From Candidatus Magasanikiibacteriota bacterium (lineage in GTDB: Bacteria; Patescibacteriota; Patescibacteriia; Magasanikbacterales; GWA2-37-8), in NCBI GenBank assembly GCA_023246715.1, contig JAHFHZ010000002.1:1-62786 (forward strand): a DNA stretch of 62,786 nt, read 5' to 3'. Position numbers and translations under genes: made by a program. Below, in pieces: positions 44,966-54,898 of this stretch (positions are counted from its first letter, which is position 1; every line of letters starts with the position of its first letter). Below the pieces are notes generated by a model. The model was not told the origin of the DNA. It worked only from the letters and a program-made list of their open reading frames with translations, and did not search any database.

Positions 44966-44967
44966 AG

Positions 44968-46089
44968 CTAAAACGTTTTATATGTTTGTTCTAAGACCTC
45001 CAAATGTCTTTCCCAACTAAAATTACGGATTTTTTCTTGCGCGCGAGTGGCGTACTGTTGCCGCTCCGGCAGGCTTAACATTAAAGCATCTTCGAGCGCT
45101 GCGGCAAACTGGGTGGCCGAAGCGCTTGGCTCAACCAACCAACCAGTAACGCCCTGCTCCACTCGGCCATGGTAGACCGGCAAATCCATGGCTACCACCG
45201 GGCAGCCGGTGCTCAACGCTTCACTCACCACCAACGAGAATGATTCAGTAAGCGAGGGAACAGCTACGCAGGTAGCCAAACGATACAGTTGAGCGAGGCG
45301 GCCCGGATCGGTGACGGCACCCACGAATTTAACCCGCCCGGCAATACCGAGTTGGATGGCTAATTTTTGATATTGAGATAGCTGGTATCCCCCGCCGACG
45401 ATTACCAATACAGTCTGAGTATTTTCTAACAGCGCGAAAGCGTGAAGCAAAAAATCTAACCGTTTTAACGGGATAGGGTTACCAACAAAAAGTATTACTG
45501 GCTGGTCGATAGGCGCAATACCGGCAACGGCCCAATTCACACTACCGGGTTTGAATAGTTCATTATTTACCCCGGGAGGTAGAGTGACAATACGTTCCGG
45601 GGCAATTAGGGGCCTAAAACGGCTGCCTGCAAAATGTTCTTGGCTAACCGTGAACACAGCTTTGGCACGCGTTAAGAGCAATCGCGCCCACAGGGTATCG
45701 GAAATCACTTGCACGGCCCGTTTGAACAACCCAATCGGAGCGGCATCCATGTGGTACGTAACAACGTATTTTATTTTAAAAATCAAAGCGGCGCTCCAAA
45801 ACGGTTTTTCGGCCCCATACCAGGGATAGTGCAAATGAACAAGATCAAACGAGCGTAGCAACCAGAATAATTGCGGTACCAGGCCGGCATCTCCCCACCG
45901 GGGCAGACCACGCAACCGCCGAATGGTTACGCCAGCAACAATTTCTTGCGCCGCTTGGCCATGGTAGCGCAAGGTAAAAATAGTTACGTCATGGCCATTC
46001 TTGACCAGGCCCATCGCTTCGTGCCAGGCAACCATGCCCATTCCGCCGGGGCGAGGCGGCAAAGTGGCGACAACATGCGCAATCTTCAT
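44968..46089 (-). CDS. Glycosyltransferase family 4 (GT-B, group 1)
   Basis: 373-aa ORF with an N-terminal GT4 domain and a C-terminal E-x7-E-like region (PSLTESFSLVVSEALSTGCPVV). Confidence 0.85.
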   Translation of the reverse strand: MKIAHVVATLPPRPGGMGMVAWHEAMGLVKNGHDVTIFTLRYHGQAAQEIVAGVTIRRLRGLPRWGDAGLVPQLFWLLRSFDLVHLHYPWYGAEKPFWSAALIFKIKYVVTYHMDAAPIGLFKRAVQVISDTLWARLLLTRAKAVFTVSQEHFAGSRFRPLIAPERIVTLPPGVNNELFKPGSVNWAVAGIAPIDQPVILFVGNPIPLKRLDFLLHAFALLENTQTVLVIVGGGYQLSQYQKLAIQLGIAGRVKFVGAVTDPGRLAQLYRLATCVAVPSLTESFSLVVSEALSTGCPVVAMDLPVYHGRVEQGVTGWLVEPSASATQFAAALEDALMLSLPERQQYATRAQEKIRNFSWERHLEVLEQTYKTF

Positions 46090-46433
46090 ACCTGCTTAAT
46101 TGTTTTGGTTTCTTTTTCTAAAAGCGCTAATTTGCGAACCACTTTGGTGAGATCGCGATTGAGCCGTTCAATTTTAACCAACAATAAAAAAAGCACGAAA
46201 AAAGCCAGGGCTAGGGCGCTATACACCACCAAATCTGCTCCCCGGCCAATGCCGACACGCTCAGCCAGCCGAGCGGTGAGGTTGGGGTTGAGGACAACTA
46301 TGGCGGCTATCACCCAGAAGCCAACCCAGGCCAGAGCGGGGGGAAAACTAAGTTCTGCCTTTTTCCAGCGGCCAATGACTTTCAGGGCAGCCAAAAAGAA
46401 AAAACCAGTTAATACCACTTGAATAATAAGCAT
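46086..46433 (-). CDS. DUF2304-family small membrane protein
   Basis: 115-aa ORF with three TM helices and a C-terminal amphipathic helix (IERLNRDLTKVVRKLALLE), resembling the DUF2304 family. Its stop overlaps the GT4 start as ATGA. Confidence 0.6.
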   Translation of the reverse strand: MLIIQVVLTGFFFLAALKVIGRWKKAELSFPPALAWVGFWVIAAIVVLNPNLTARLAERVGIGRGADLVVYSALALAFFVLFLLLVKIERLNRDLTKVVRKLALLEKETKTIKQV

Positions 46434-46459
46434 ACGATTATTTTAACTACTGATGCTGA

Positions 46460-47932
46460 TTAACTAAGCTTCCTGACAATGCCTTGCTCAGCGTCGACTT
46501 CAATACTATCTCCATCTTTTAAAACCTGGGTGGCAATTTTAGTGCCAATAATGCAGGGCTTTTGCAACTCCCGAGAAACTAAAGCCGCGTGGCTGAGCAA
46601 TCCGCCAATATCGGTTACAATCGCCGCCGCCTTTTTCATTAGGGGGATAAAATCAGGACTGGTCATCGGGGTAACAAGTATATCGCCTTCATTCATTTTA
46701 TCCAAATTTTCTGGAACAATAAAAATTTTTGCCTTACCTCTCGCCTTGCCCGGGGCAGCCACGGTACCGCGAAACTCTCGCACCGCCGCCGTACTTTTGG
46801 CAGGGATAAAGGTATTGATTAATTCCTGAACTTCAAGCGGATTGTCGATAATATTTTCTTCACCGGCACTCATTAGCACGCAATAATTTTTATTACGATA
46901 AGCGACTGATTCTCGGGACAGAACGGTTTTGTTATCGAGAGCAGCGCAAATTTCGGTAGGGGTGAAATAAAGTAACTCTCTATAGGATAAACCGAAGCGG
47001 CTGGCAATGGCGGCCAACAATGGACGCGCTTGAAACGCCAAAATATCAAACATCTCGGGGGTATATTGTCTTAACCAGGCTATTTCAGCGCTCTGTTTAA
47101 TGACAAAATCCAGCTCTTTGGGGAGGTGGTCGGGATACTCACGAGGAGTTTTTTGTTCAAGGAAGGGCAGTTCTGACAAGAATTTTTCTATTGAGAGCGG
47201 TTCGCCCCAGAAATGATGCGTGCCTATCCATTGATATTTTTCGACATGGCGTTGAACGGCGGCAAACAAGTCTGGATCGGCCTTTATTCTCGTTAATCCG
47301 ATGGAAGTCGAATTGTTAAGCTCTGGTAACAAATTTTTTTCTTCCAGTTGCCGTTTTATACTTAACGCTTCAGCATGCTCTTGAATCATGATGGTCGTTT
47401 GCTTTGGAATGGAGGCAGCAACATCGGTGGCCGAGCAGCCTAATTCGCGGGCTTTAACCAAAATTATTTCTCCCAGATGGTCTGATAAAATCAGTCCGGA
47501 ATACCAAGGAACCATCAGGCGTGTTAGCGCGGCGATACAAGCTTTGAATAACGGCAAATCAATCGCGGCGCATTTTTGCAGTTGCCTGATCAATTTTTGA
47601 TTTTCAGCAAAAATCTGCTTGGCTGAAACGGTTAAATTAGTAAAAAAATCCTCATCTTTGGCCTGGCAAGCACGCTCTAATTCTGCTTGTAATAGTTCTA
47701 AATCGCCTCGGTGCACTAAATGATGCCCGTTAATTAAAAAAATCCGCCCGTCTAACTTGGGAAGCCCAAGTTGTAAAGCGGTTTTTTCTTCGTACCACCG
47801 CGCCCAAAACCAAGCGGAAAAAGGAGGCTGTTCCCATTGACCGTAATAAAACCAATCTTCAGGCCGAAGGTTGAGTTTGTACAGGATTCGAACTCTGGGA
47901 GAATAGTCATTTTGAATTGCGTTAATGCTCAT
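46460..47932 (-). CDS. Swivel-domain protein paralog D (unknown N-domain + C-terminal PEP-utilizer mobile domain)
   Basis: The C-terminus reads FRGTVAAPGKARG...ILVTPMTSPDFIPLMKKAAAIVTDIGGLLSHAALVSRELQKPCIIG. The N-domain block KYQWIGTHHFWGEP aligns by eye with YWVENNY in paralogs A and B. Confidence 0.8.
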   Translation of the reverse strand: MSINAIQNDYSPRVRILYKLNLRPEDWFYYGQWEQPPFSAWFWARWYEEKTALQLGLPKLDGRIFLINGHHLVHRGDLELLQAELERACQAKDEDFFTNLTVSAKQIFAENQKLIRQLQKCAAIDLPLFKACIAALTRLMVPWYSGLILSDHLGEIILVKARELGCSATDVAASIPKQTTIMIQEHAEALSIKRQLEEKNLLPELNNSTSIGLTRIKADPDLFAAVQRHVEKYQWIGTHHFWGEPLSIEKFLSELPFLEQKTPREYPDHLPKELDFVIKQSAEIAWLRQYTPEMFDILAFQARPLLAAIASRFGLSYRELLYFTPTEICAALDNKTVLSRESVAYRNKNYCVLMSAGEENIIDNPLEVQELINTFIPAKSTAAVREFRGTVAAPGKARGKAKIFIVPENLDKMNEGDILVTPMTSPDFIPLMKKAAAIVTDIGGLLSHAALVSRELQKPCIIGTKIATQVLKDGDSIEVDAEQGIVRKLS

Positions 47933-47940
47933 ACAGTGTC

Positions 47941-48609
47941 TTATTTTTCGCGCAAAAAAATACCCAGGAATAAATCACGAATGATTTTTAAACCACCCGT
48001 AAGCCCTTGGCCGTATTCATGATACACTACTTTCACTGGAACTTCCGCAAAACGCAGCTGTTGGCGTTTTAGTTGGGTGGTAATTTCGGAGTTGTGGGCC
48101 ATACCATCCTGAGTAATCATAATTGCCATGACGGCTCGCCGATTTAAGACACGAAAACCATTATGCACGTCGGTTAAGGCCGTGCCGGTGAGGCACCGGT
48201 TAAGCACCCGAGCACATGGAAAAAAAACTCTTCGTTTGAGCCAAGGAATTTGAGAACGCTGATCCAAAAAACGCGAACCAATGACAGCGTCCAGGTTTTG
48301 TTGTTTTAATTTTTCGATTGCTGGGGCAATATCAGCGGCATCAAATTGGTCATCTGCATCGAAATGCACGATTAATTCGGCGCCATTCCCAAGCGCGAAC
48401 TCGTTGCCCGTTTGCAACGCCGCGCCCTGGCCACGATTGCATTCATGCACTATCACATCGGCTCCGGCAGCCCGAGCAACCTCGGCAGTAGCATCGGTTG
48501 ATCCATCGTCAACTACCACAATTCTGGCAAAACCCCCTGCCCGCAAGGCTTCAATTACCTGGCCAACTCGCCTTGCCTCGTTATAAGCCGGTAATACCAC
48601 CCAAATCAT
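47941..48609 (-). CDS. Glycosyltransferase family 2 (polyprenyl-phosphate sugar synthase-like)
   Basis: VVLPAYNEA, VVVDDGSTD and DADDQ (DxD) motifs. The start is at the internal ATG (MIWVVLPAYNE) because the longer ORF overlaps the upstream gene. Confidence 0.85.
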   Translation of the reverse strand: MIWVVLPAYNEARRVGQVIEALRAGGFARIVVVDDGSTDATAEVARAAGADVIVHECNRGQGAALQTGNEFALGNGAELIVHFDADDQFDAADIAPAIEKLKQQNLDAVIGSRFLDQRSQIPWLKRRVFFPCARVLNRCLTGTALTDVHNGFRVLNRRAVMAIMITQDGMAHNSEITTQLKRQQLRFAEVPVKVVYHEYGQGLTGGLKIIRDLFLGIFLREK

Positions 48610-48622
48610 ATGTTGGTGGACG

Positions 48623-49672
48623 TTATTTTTGGCTAGTGTTTGCACTATTAAAAAGAAGCGCTTCTTTGTTAGCAATAGCGTAGTCGATAGTATGCTGCAG
48701 ACCTTCGGAAAGGCGCACCAACGGGAACCAGCCGAGGGCATCTTTGGCTTTATGCAAATCCGGCATACCCTTACGCGACAAGAATACTAGCGGGTCGGCG
48801 AACACCAGTTTAGAGGAAGACCCTGTCATTTGAATAACCATGTTGGCGATCGACTCAAGGTTAAGGATTTCGTCGCCGCCCAGGTTGATATTTTTTATTT
48901 CCGGATCGGCGTTCATCAGTCGGACCAAACCATCAACCATATCGGAAACATAACACAACGAAGTGGTAAGCTCATTGCCGGTGCCATAGAGCACGATATC
49001 TTTGTTATCCAACGCGCTCATGATGAAATCAATCACTGGTTGGCCCTCGAACAACCGCATATGCGGGCCATAGGTGGTGAATACGCGCGCAATTTTACCA
49101 TCGAGCCCATACACCTGACGGTACGTTTCAACGCAGGTTTCGGCAAACCGCTTCCCTTCGTCGTAGCAAGCGCGCGGCGACAAATGATTCACAATCCCCT
49201 GGTCTGACTCATTGAAGACTACTTTGGTATCACTGGCTTCACCATAGACCACCGAACTGGAAGTGAACACATATTTAGCGCGATACTTTACCGCCAAATC
49301 CAATGTGTTGATCATGGCCGAAGAATTGGCCCAGAGCGATTTGAGTTTTAATTTTTCAAAGTCCTTGGGGCTGGTAGGGCAAGCCAAATGGTAAATTTCC
49401 TGGACACCCTGAAATTTGAGTTTAAATTTATCCAGTTCATCGAATGATTCCAGGTCAATGGGCTTATTAACATCGTAATTGATAAATTCAAAATCTGGAT
49501 ACTGCAACAGGTGGTTGATATTTTGGGAGTGAGAATTTGAAAAATCGTCCAAGCAGATTACCTTGGCCTCGCGCAGCAGGCGTTCGCAGAGATGCGAACC
49601 GATAAATCCTGCACCACCCGTAACCAACACGTTCTTTTTTTCAAAAATAGGAGCGTCCATAATAAGTACCAT
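48623..49672 (-). CDS. NAD-dependent sugar-nucleotide decarboxylase/epimerase, UDP-glucuronate decarboxylase (UXS)-like
   Basis: VLVTGGAGFIGSHL Rossmann motif and the catalytic YDEGKRFAE block typical of UDP-xylose synthases. An alternative ATG lies at 49660. Confidence 0.75.
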   Translation of the reverse strand: MVLIMDAPIFEKKNVLVTGGAGFIGSHLCERLLREAKVICLDDFSNSHSQNINHLLQYPDFEFINYDVNKPIDLESFDELDKFKLKFQGVQEIYHLACPTSPKDFEKLKLKSLWANSSAMINTLDLAVKYRAKYVFTSSSVVYGEASDTKVVFNESDQGIVNHLSPRACYDEGKRFAETCVETYRQVYGLDGKIARVFTTYGPHMRLFEGQPVIDFIMSALDNKDIVLYGTGNELTTSLCYVSDMVDGLVRLMNADPEIKNINLGGDEILNLESIANMVIQMTGSSSKLVFADPLVFLSRKGMPDLHKAKDALGWFPLVRLSEGLQHTIDYAIANKEALLFNSANTSQK

Positions 49673-49743
49673 ATTAAGCCTAAAATTGACTTAAGTATAG
49701 CAATTCCGGCAGTAAAAGGCAACTACATAATGAAGGGGGTTGG

Positions 49744-51735
49744 CTATTCTGTCGGCCCCACAAAACTCGGTACAGAGAGGTTTTTTTGCATCCGGCCGCG
49801 CGCATCTGTAACCGGTCGGAGGCCCCCGGTCGCCGGGAAAGCCAGCACTTCGAGCACACCGTCGCTTGTTAGATCGCCCAGACGCAGCTTCCAGGGTGCG
49901 GTGCTTGACGGAGCGATATTTTTGACCAGCACGCTTTCGGTGGGCATATCGGCTACAGCTAACTTGATTTGTTTGTTTTGTCTAAACAACACGGCCGCCT
50001 GCGTACCGCTCGCTTCAAACAACCCACCAACACGCAGGTCGTCTACAGCGCTGACTCCACGAGCCAAGGCCAACGAACGCAGCATGTTGCCTTTAACAGA
50101 CCACTCGCTGAGCGTTACCACGCCTTTGGCCAGCTCAGCCGTTATAAATTTACTGTTCGGGAGCGTGTCCCAAGCTTGGACCCCGGTAATGGCGCTGGAC
50201 GTGCCCGCGGTTATCCCGGCCAATGAAAAAACGTTAAAGACGCTCGTGTTAGTGGCGCTTTTTTTCTGTTCAACTATCACCTGCGGTTCTTCGCCTGGGG
50301 CAGCGGCAAGAAATCGCACTTTAATAAAAGCGTTACTTTGTTTACCAGTTTTTATTTCTTCACCTACAAAAAATTCCTGGCGCAGCGCTCCATCACTACC
50401 AACGAGTCGAACATAACTTTTACTGCCTCGTTTAAACAAGAGCGCTACCAGTTCTTGCCCATTCGCAGCGAGGCCAGCTGCTAGGCCGGTAATATTCGCC
50501 CCATTGATTCGCGAGATAAATTTAGTAGCGCCATCCGAAAGCGCTAACTGCCAGAGGGCATTGCCCTGGGTATAATACATGGTCGATAAACCACCACGGG
50601 CTGGCTTACTGGACAGGGCCCGGGAAACGGCAGCGCTAATATTTAGACGCCCGGCTCCTAGCTGAGCAACCAGACCGGGGTTGCGCTCGGCAACAGAATC
50701 AGCAGTGGCGAGCAAGTTAGCAATTATTTCGGGCGCTTTCCAATCAGGACGAACCCCCTTGATTAACGCCGCCGCTCCAGCCACGATCGGCGCGGCAAAA
50801 GATGTTCCGTTCCACGGCCCGCCAAATTCAATCGCGTAGCCAAACTGCGGCGCGTAGCGCTCGGTGCTATATAAACTTTGCCCCGGGGCGACCAGATCAA
50901 TACACCGGCCATAATTGGCAAAGCTGCTGAGGCGATCCGCACTATCCACCGAGGTCACCGTAATGATCCAGTTGGCGCTTTCGCCCAAATCCGAACAGGC
51001 GGGATACTGGGGGAAATCAGCTAAATCACCCTTGCCGATAGCGCGATTGTTGCCAGCAGCCGCCACAATGACCAATCCACGCTCGTAAGCGCGCCGGAGT
51101 GCAGCCTTTAACCGTGGCGCGGGAGTGTCGCCCACAAAACTCATCGTGATGATATCAGCACCATTATTGGTGGCATAATCCACTGCCCGCGCAATATCAA
51201 GTTCAGATCCGTCACCCACATTATCAATGCCTCGCAAGGCCATCAGACGTACTTGCCAATTAACGCCCACGCCGCTTTGCCCATTATCGCCCACCGCGCC
51301 AACAAGCCCGGCGATGACCGTGCCATGCCGTACAGCGTCGGCGTTACTGGTCGCCGTCTCAAAGACCGAGGTTCGGACGTCGTTATTGTTTTCTACAAAG
51401 TTCCAGCCATCATAATCATCAATAAAACCATTCCCGTCATCATCAACCCCATTGCCGGGAATTTCTTTCAAATTATGCCAAATGTTAGCGCTTAAATCCT
51501 GGTGCCAGGTATCGATGCCTGAATCAATTACCGCCACCACTACTTGGTTCGAACCAGTAGTTTTGTCCCAGGCGGCAGGCAGACTTATCTGCTCCCAGGC
51601 GATTTGCTGGTTAGAAAAAGAAGGGTCGTTGGGTACTTTGGCCAGCACCGGAACACCACTCATAGCCAAAACAGGCCCAATTAAAAAGGCGGAAATAATT
51701 GCTTTTTTGTCGATACTATTATAAAATCGAGCCAT
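49744..51735 (-). CDS. Secreted subtilisin-family (S8) serine protease with a ~300-aa C-terminal extension
   Basis: N-terminal signal-like segment and the catalytic triad blocks VAVIDSGID, HGTVIAG and GTSFAAPIVAG. Confidence 0.88.
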   Translation of the reverse strand: MARFYNSIDKKAIISAFLIGPVLAMSGVPVLAKVPNDPSFSNQQIAWEQISLPAAWDKTTGSNQVVVAVIDSGIDTWHQDLSANIWHNLKEIPGNGVDDDGNGFIDDYDGWNFVENNNDVRTSVFETATSNADAVRHGTVIAGLVGAVGDNGQSGVGVNWQVRLMALRGIDNVGDGSELDIARAVDYATNNGADIITMSFVGDTPAPRLKAALRRAYERGLVIVAAAGNNRAIGKGDLADFPQYPACSDLGESANWIITVTSVDSADRLSSFANYGRCIDLVAPGQSLYSTERYAPQFGYAIEFGGPWNGTSFAAPIVAGAAALIKGVRPDWKAPEIIANLLATADSVAERNPGLVAQLGAGRLNISAAVSRALSSKPARGGLSTMYYTQGNALWQLALSDGATKFISRINGANITGLAAGLAANGQELVALLFKRGSKSYVRLVGSDGALRQEFFVGEEIKTGKQSNAFIKVRFLAAAPGEEPQVIVEQKKSATNTSVFNVFSLAGITAGTSSAITGVQAWDTLPNSKFITAELAKGVVTLSEWSVKGNMLRSLALARGVSAVDDLRVGGLFEASGTQAAVLFRQNKQIKLAVADMPTESVLVKNIAPSSTAPWKLRLGDLTSDGVLEVLAFPATGGLRPVTDARGRMQKNLSVPSFVGPTE

Positions 51736-51820
51736 AGTATTGCCTGACTGCCAAGTCTAGGCAGTATACTCTGGAGCGGTTGAAAAACCAAGCAAGTAAC
51801 AATTAATTAAGACATAAAAA

Positions 51821-53194
51821 ATGTACCGAATCAAACAGCTTATTTTGGCGATTGGAGACCTAATAACGCTCTACCTGGGCTTGGTGGTAGCGGTGGTTTT
51901 GCGCTCGGCAACTTTCCGCAACAACGAACTCAACACCCTGGTACCGCCCATGACTCTGTTATTTTTTTGGGCGATTGCCCTGCTCTTTATTATTGGCCTG
52001 TACGACCTAGCTCAAACTAAAAATACCTGGCGGTTTTACAAAAAAATTATCATTACCAGCTTGCTGTGGCTGTTATCGGGGATTATTTATTTTTACTTAG
52101 ACATCCGACTGCGCGTGGCGCCGAAAACCATCCTGTTATTAACCGCTTTAGCGGGTTTTGGGCTTATCGCGGCCTGGCGCAGCCTGCATAACACTTTTTT
52201 GTCTACGGTTATTTGGAAAACGCGCTTAATTTTTGCCGGGCTAAGCTCCGAAGCGTTGGAATTGATTACGTTAATTAAAAATGAGCCACAGCGAGGATTT
52301 GAGGTCGCGGGAATAATCAGAGCTGGCGGGAATGGCGTGGCCACCACTACCGACCTCCCACTCATCAGCACCGAGAGCCTGGCCAGCACGATGAAACGAG
52401 AGGGCGTGCGAGGAATTGTGGTGGCGCCGGAATTGGCCGCGTACCAACCCTTCCTTACCGCCGTTTATAAAAATATTGCCGAGCAACCGGACATTATTCC
52501 GTTAGCCCAGCTGTACGAAGAATTAACTGGCCGCATTCCCCCATTCACTTTTTCGGAATCGTGGTTTTTACTTAACCTGCACGAGCAACAGAAAAAAATC
52601 TACGACCGCTTGCGAATTCTGATTGACTATTTAATCGCGCTTGTAATGGGCCTCTTTTTTATCATAACCTTCCCGTTGGTAGCGTTGACAATCCGCCTGA
52701 ATTCGCCTGGGCCAGTTTTCTTTCATCAGCCACGGATTGGGCGCCGTGGCAAAACTTTCACAATCCATAAATACCGGAGCATGAAGGCCCTTGGGCAAGA
52801 CGGCAGCGCCGAATTAGAAGGCCCGAAATATGCCCAAGCTGGCGACCCGCGCGTTACCATAATCGGTCGCGCGCTGCGCCGCGCGCGCTTGGATGAGCTG
52901 CCACAATTTTGGAATATTTTGCGCGGTGAAATGGCGTTTGTTGGCCCACGACCGGAACGGCCGGAGTTTGTGGCAAAATTGGCCGAGGTAATGCCCTTTT
53001 ACAATTTGCGCCATTTGGTAAAACCCGGAATTACGGGTTGGGCGCAATTACACGAAAGCTATTATGGCACCATTGAAGAAAATTTGCGTAAACTGCAATA
53101 TGATTTGTTCTATATCAAAAATCGGGGTTTATTGCTTGATTTTAATATTTTACTCAAAACGATCCCGATTATTACCCGGCTGATGGGACGATAA
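51821..53194 (+). CDS. Polyprenyl-phosphate glycosyl-1-phosphate transferase (WbaP/EpsB-type sugar transferase)
   Basis: N-terminal TM bundle and a C-terminal bacterial sugar transferase domain (PGPVFFHQPRIGRRGKTFTIHKYRSM, DELPQFWNILRGEMAFVGPRP). Confidence 0.88.
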   Translation: MYRIKQLILAIGDLITLYLGLVVAVVLRSATFRNNELNTLVPPMTLLFFWAIALLFIIGLYDLAQTKNTWRFYKKIIITSLLWLLSGIIYFYLDIRLRVAPKTILLLTALAGFGLIAAWRSLHNTFLSTVIWKTRLIFAGLSSEALELITLIKNEPQRGFEVAGIIRAGGNGVATTTDLPLISTESLASTMKREGVRGIVVAPELAAYQPFLTAVYKNIAEQPDIIPLAQLYEELTGRIPPFTFSESWFLLNLHEQQKKIYDRLRILIDYLIALVMGLFFIITFPLVALTIRLNSPGPVFFHQPRIGRRGKTFTIHKYRSMKALGQDGSAELEGPKYAQAGDPRVTIIGRALRRARLDELPQFWNILRGEMAFVGPRPERPEFVAKLAEVMPFYNLRHLVKPGITGWAQLHESYYGTIEENLRKLQYDLFYIKNRGLLLDFNILLKTIPIITRLMGR

Positions 53195-53200
53195 AAAATA

Positions 53201-53229
53201 AAAGAAAGCCCGATTAACGGGCTTTCTTT
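53201..53229. terminator. Bidirectional intrinsic terminator between the sugar transferase (+) and pyrG (-)
   Basis: aaagaaagcccg-attaa-cgggctttcttt: a 12-bp stem flanked by A- and T-runs. Confidence 0.7.
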
Positions 53230-54854
53230 TATTTTAAGGCGGCTTTTATCAACCCCACAAATAATGGATGCGGGCGCAAAGGCCGAGATTGGAATTCCGG
53301 ATGGAATTGTGAAGCGACAAAATAGGGATGATTTTTTAGCTCAATAATTTCAACCAGATTTGATTCTGGGTTGATGCCCGAAAATAAGATTCCCGCTTGT
53401 TCCATTTCGAGTAAATATTCATTATTGAACTCATAACGATGCCGGTGCCGCTCGGTAATTTCCGCGGCCCCATACAGGCGGCGGGCATGACTTTCTTTTT
53501 TGAGGGCGCAACGGTAACTGCCTAAGCGCATCGTTCCGCCATACCGATTCTCTTTCACATTTTTGGCCTGCGTGGGATTGATATGTATGATTGGGTCTGG
53601 GGTGTTTTTGTCGATTTCCACAGTATGCGCTGATTTTTTGCCGAGCACGTGGCGGGCAAATTCAACGCAAGCCAGCTGCATACCATAACATAGTCCGAGG
53701 TAAGGTACCTGATTGACGCGAGCGAACTCGATGGCGCGCATAATCCCTTCAACACCACGCACGCCAAACCCGCCCGGTACCAAAATTGCATCAAATCCAC
53801 CCAGCTCTTTTACCTTGCCCGGATCAGCTTCATACGCTTCGGCATCAATCCAGGTGAGCTCTGGTTTTGCCCCGACGCTCCAGGCGGCATGCTTGATGGC
53901 TTCGATAACCGAAATATACGAGTCGGCCAAGGTAAACGTGCCCGTGGAAAAATATTTTCCGACCAGAGCAATTTTTACCGGCTGGCGTGCTTTTTTTACT
54001 TTACCGATAAACCGGTCCCAGGCGGCAGCTTTGGATTGTTTAAATTTGAGATTTAATTTTGCCGCCAACCGTTCAGCCACGTGCTGGCGCTCAAATACAT
54101 TTGGCACTTCGTAAATATTTTCCACATCGGGAGCCGCGATGACATCGGCTTGTTCGCGTAAACCACAAAGCACCGCCAGTTTTTCGCGCCGCGGCTTGTC
54201 GAGTTCGGTTTTACCGCGAGCGATAATCATGTCGGGCTGGATGCCGCTGCTGTTGAGGGCACGGGCGGCGTGCTGCGTGGGCTTAGTTTTCATTTCACCC
54301 AAATTTCCCGGAATCGGCAGATAGCTTACCAAAACAAACGCCACATCGTTAGAAGTTTCCAACTTCATCATCCGGGCGGCTTCGAGGAAGAGAATATTCT
54401 CATACTCCCCCACTGTCCCGCCAATTTCAATGACCATCACGTCGACACGACTGGCACGAGCCGCTTTTTTAATCCGCTCAATTACTTCGAGCGGGATATG
54501 CGGCACTACCTGCACGCAGCGCCCCTTATAGTACATTGAACGCTCCTTTTCAATCACGCTTTGGTAGACCCGCCCCGTGGTCATGTAATTGATCGAGGTA
54601 ATATCAGTGTCTAAAAAACGTTCGTAGTTACCGATATCCTGATCGGTTTCGTCAGCGTCAGCCGTCACAAACACTTCGCCATGCTCAACCGGATTCATTG
54701 TACCGGCATCAATATTCACGTACGGGTCTATCTTCATCGCCGAAACGTGCAACCCGCGATTTTTTAAAATTCGCCCGATACTGGCGACGGCAACGCCTTT
54801 GCCCACCCCGCTCAACACCCCACCAACCACAAAGACGTACTTGGTTTTTGCCAT
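53229..54854 (-). CDS. pyrG: CTP synthase
   Basis: KYVFVVGGVLSGVGKG at the N-terminus and the glutamine amidotransferase block GLCYGMQL; 541 aa. Confidence 0.95.
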   Translation of the reverse strand: MAKTKYVFVVGGVLSGVGKGVAVASIGRILKNRGLHVSAMKIDPYVNIDAGTMNPVEHGEVFVTADADETDQDIGNYERFLDTDITSINYMTTGRVYQSVIEKERSMYYKGRCVQVVPHIPLEVIERIKKAARASRVDVMVIEIGGTVGEYENILFLEAARMMKLETSNDVAFVLVSYLPIPGNLGEMKTKPTQHAARALNSSGIQPDMIIARGKTELDKPRREKLAVLCGLREQADVIAAPDVENIYEVPNVFERQHVAERLAAKLNLKFKQSKAAAWDRFIGKVKKARQPVKIALVGKYFSTGTFTLADSYISVIEAIKHAAWSVGAKPELTWIDAEAYEADPGKVKELGGFDAILVPGGFGVRGVEGIMRAIEFARVNQVPYLGLCYGMQLACVEFARHVLGKKSAHTVEIDKNTPDPIIHINPTQAKNVKENRYGGTMRLGSYRCALKKESHARRLYGAAEITERHRHRYEFNNEYLLEMEQAGILFSGINPESNLVEIIELKNHPYFVASQFHPEFQSRPLRPHPLFVGLIKAALK

Positions 54855-54898
54855 AGGGCCAAGTTAAAAAAGAAATTTTTCTAAAAAATTTGAATGGG

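Noticed and set aside
49592-50416. A 274-aa plus-strand ORF antisense to the S8 protease gene.
   Set aside because: Its translation is Ser/Thr/Pro/Ala-rich low complexity typical of an antisense shadow of a real gene. The opposite strand carries the complete subtilisin catalytic triad.
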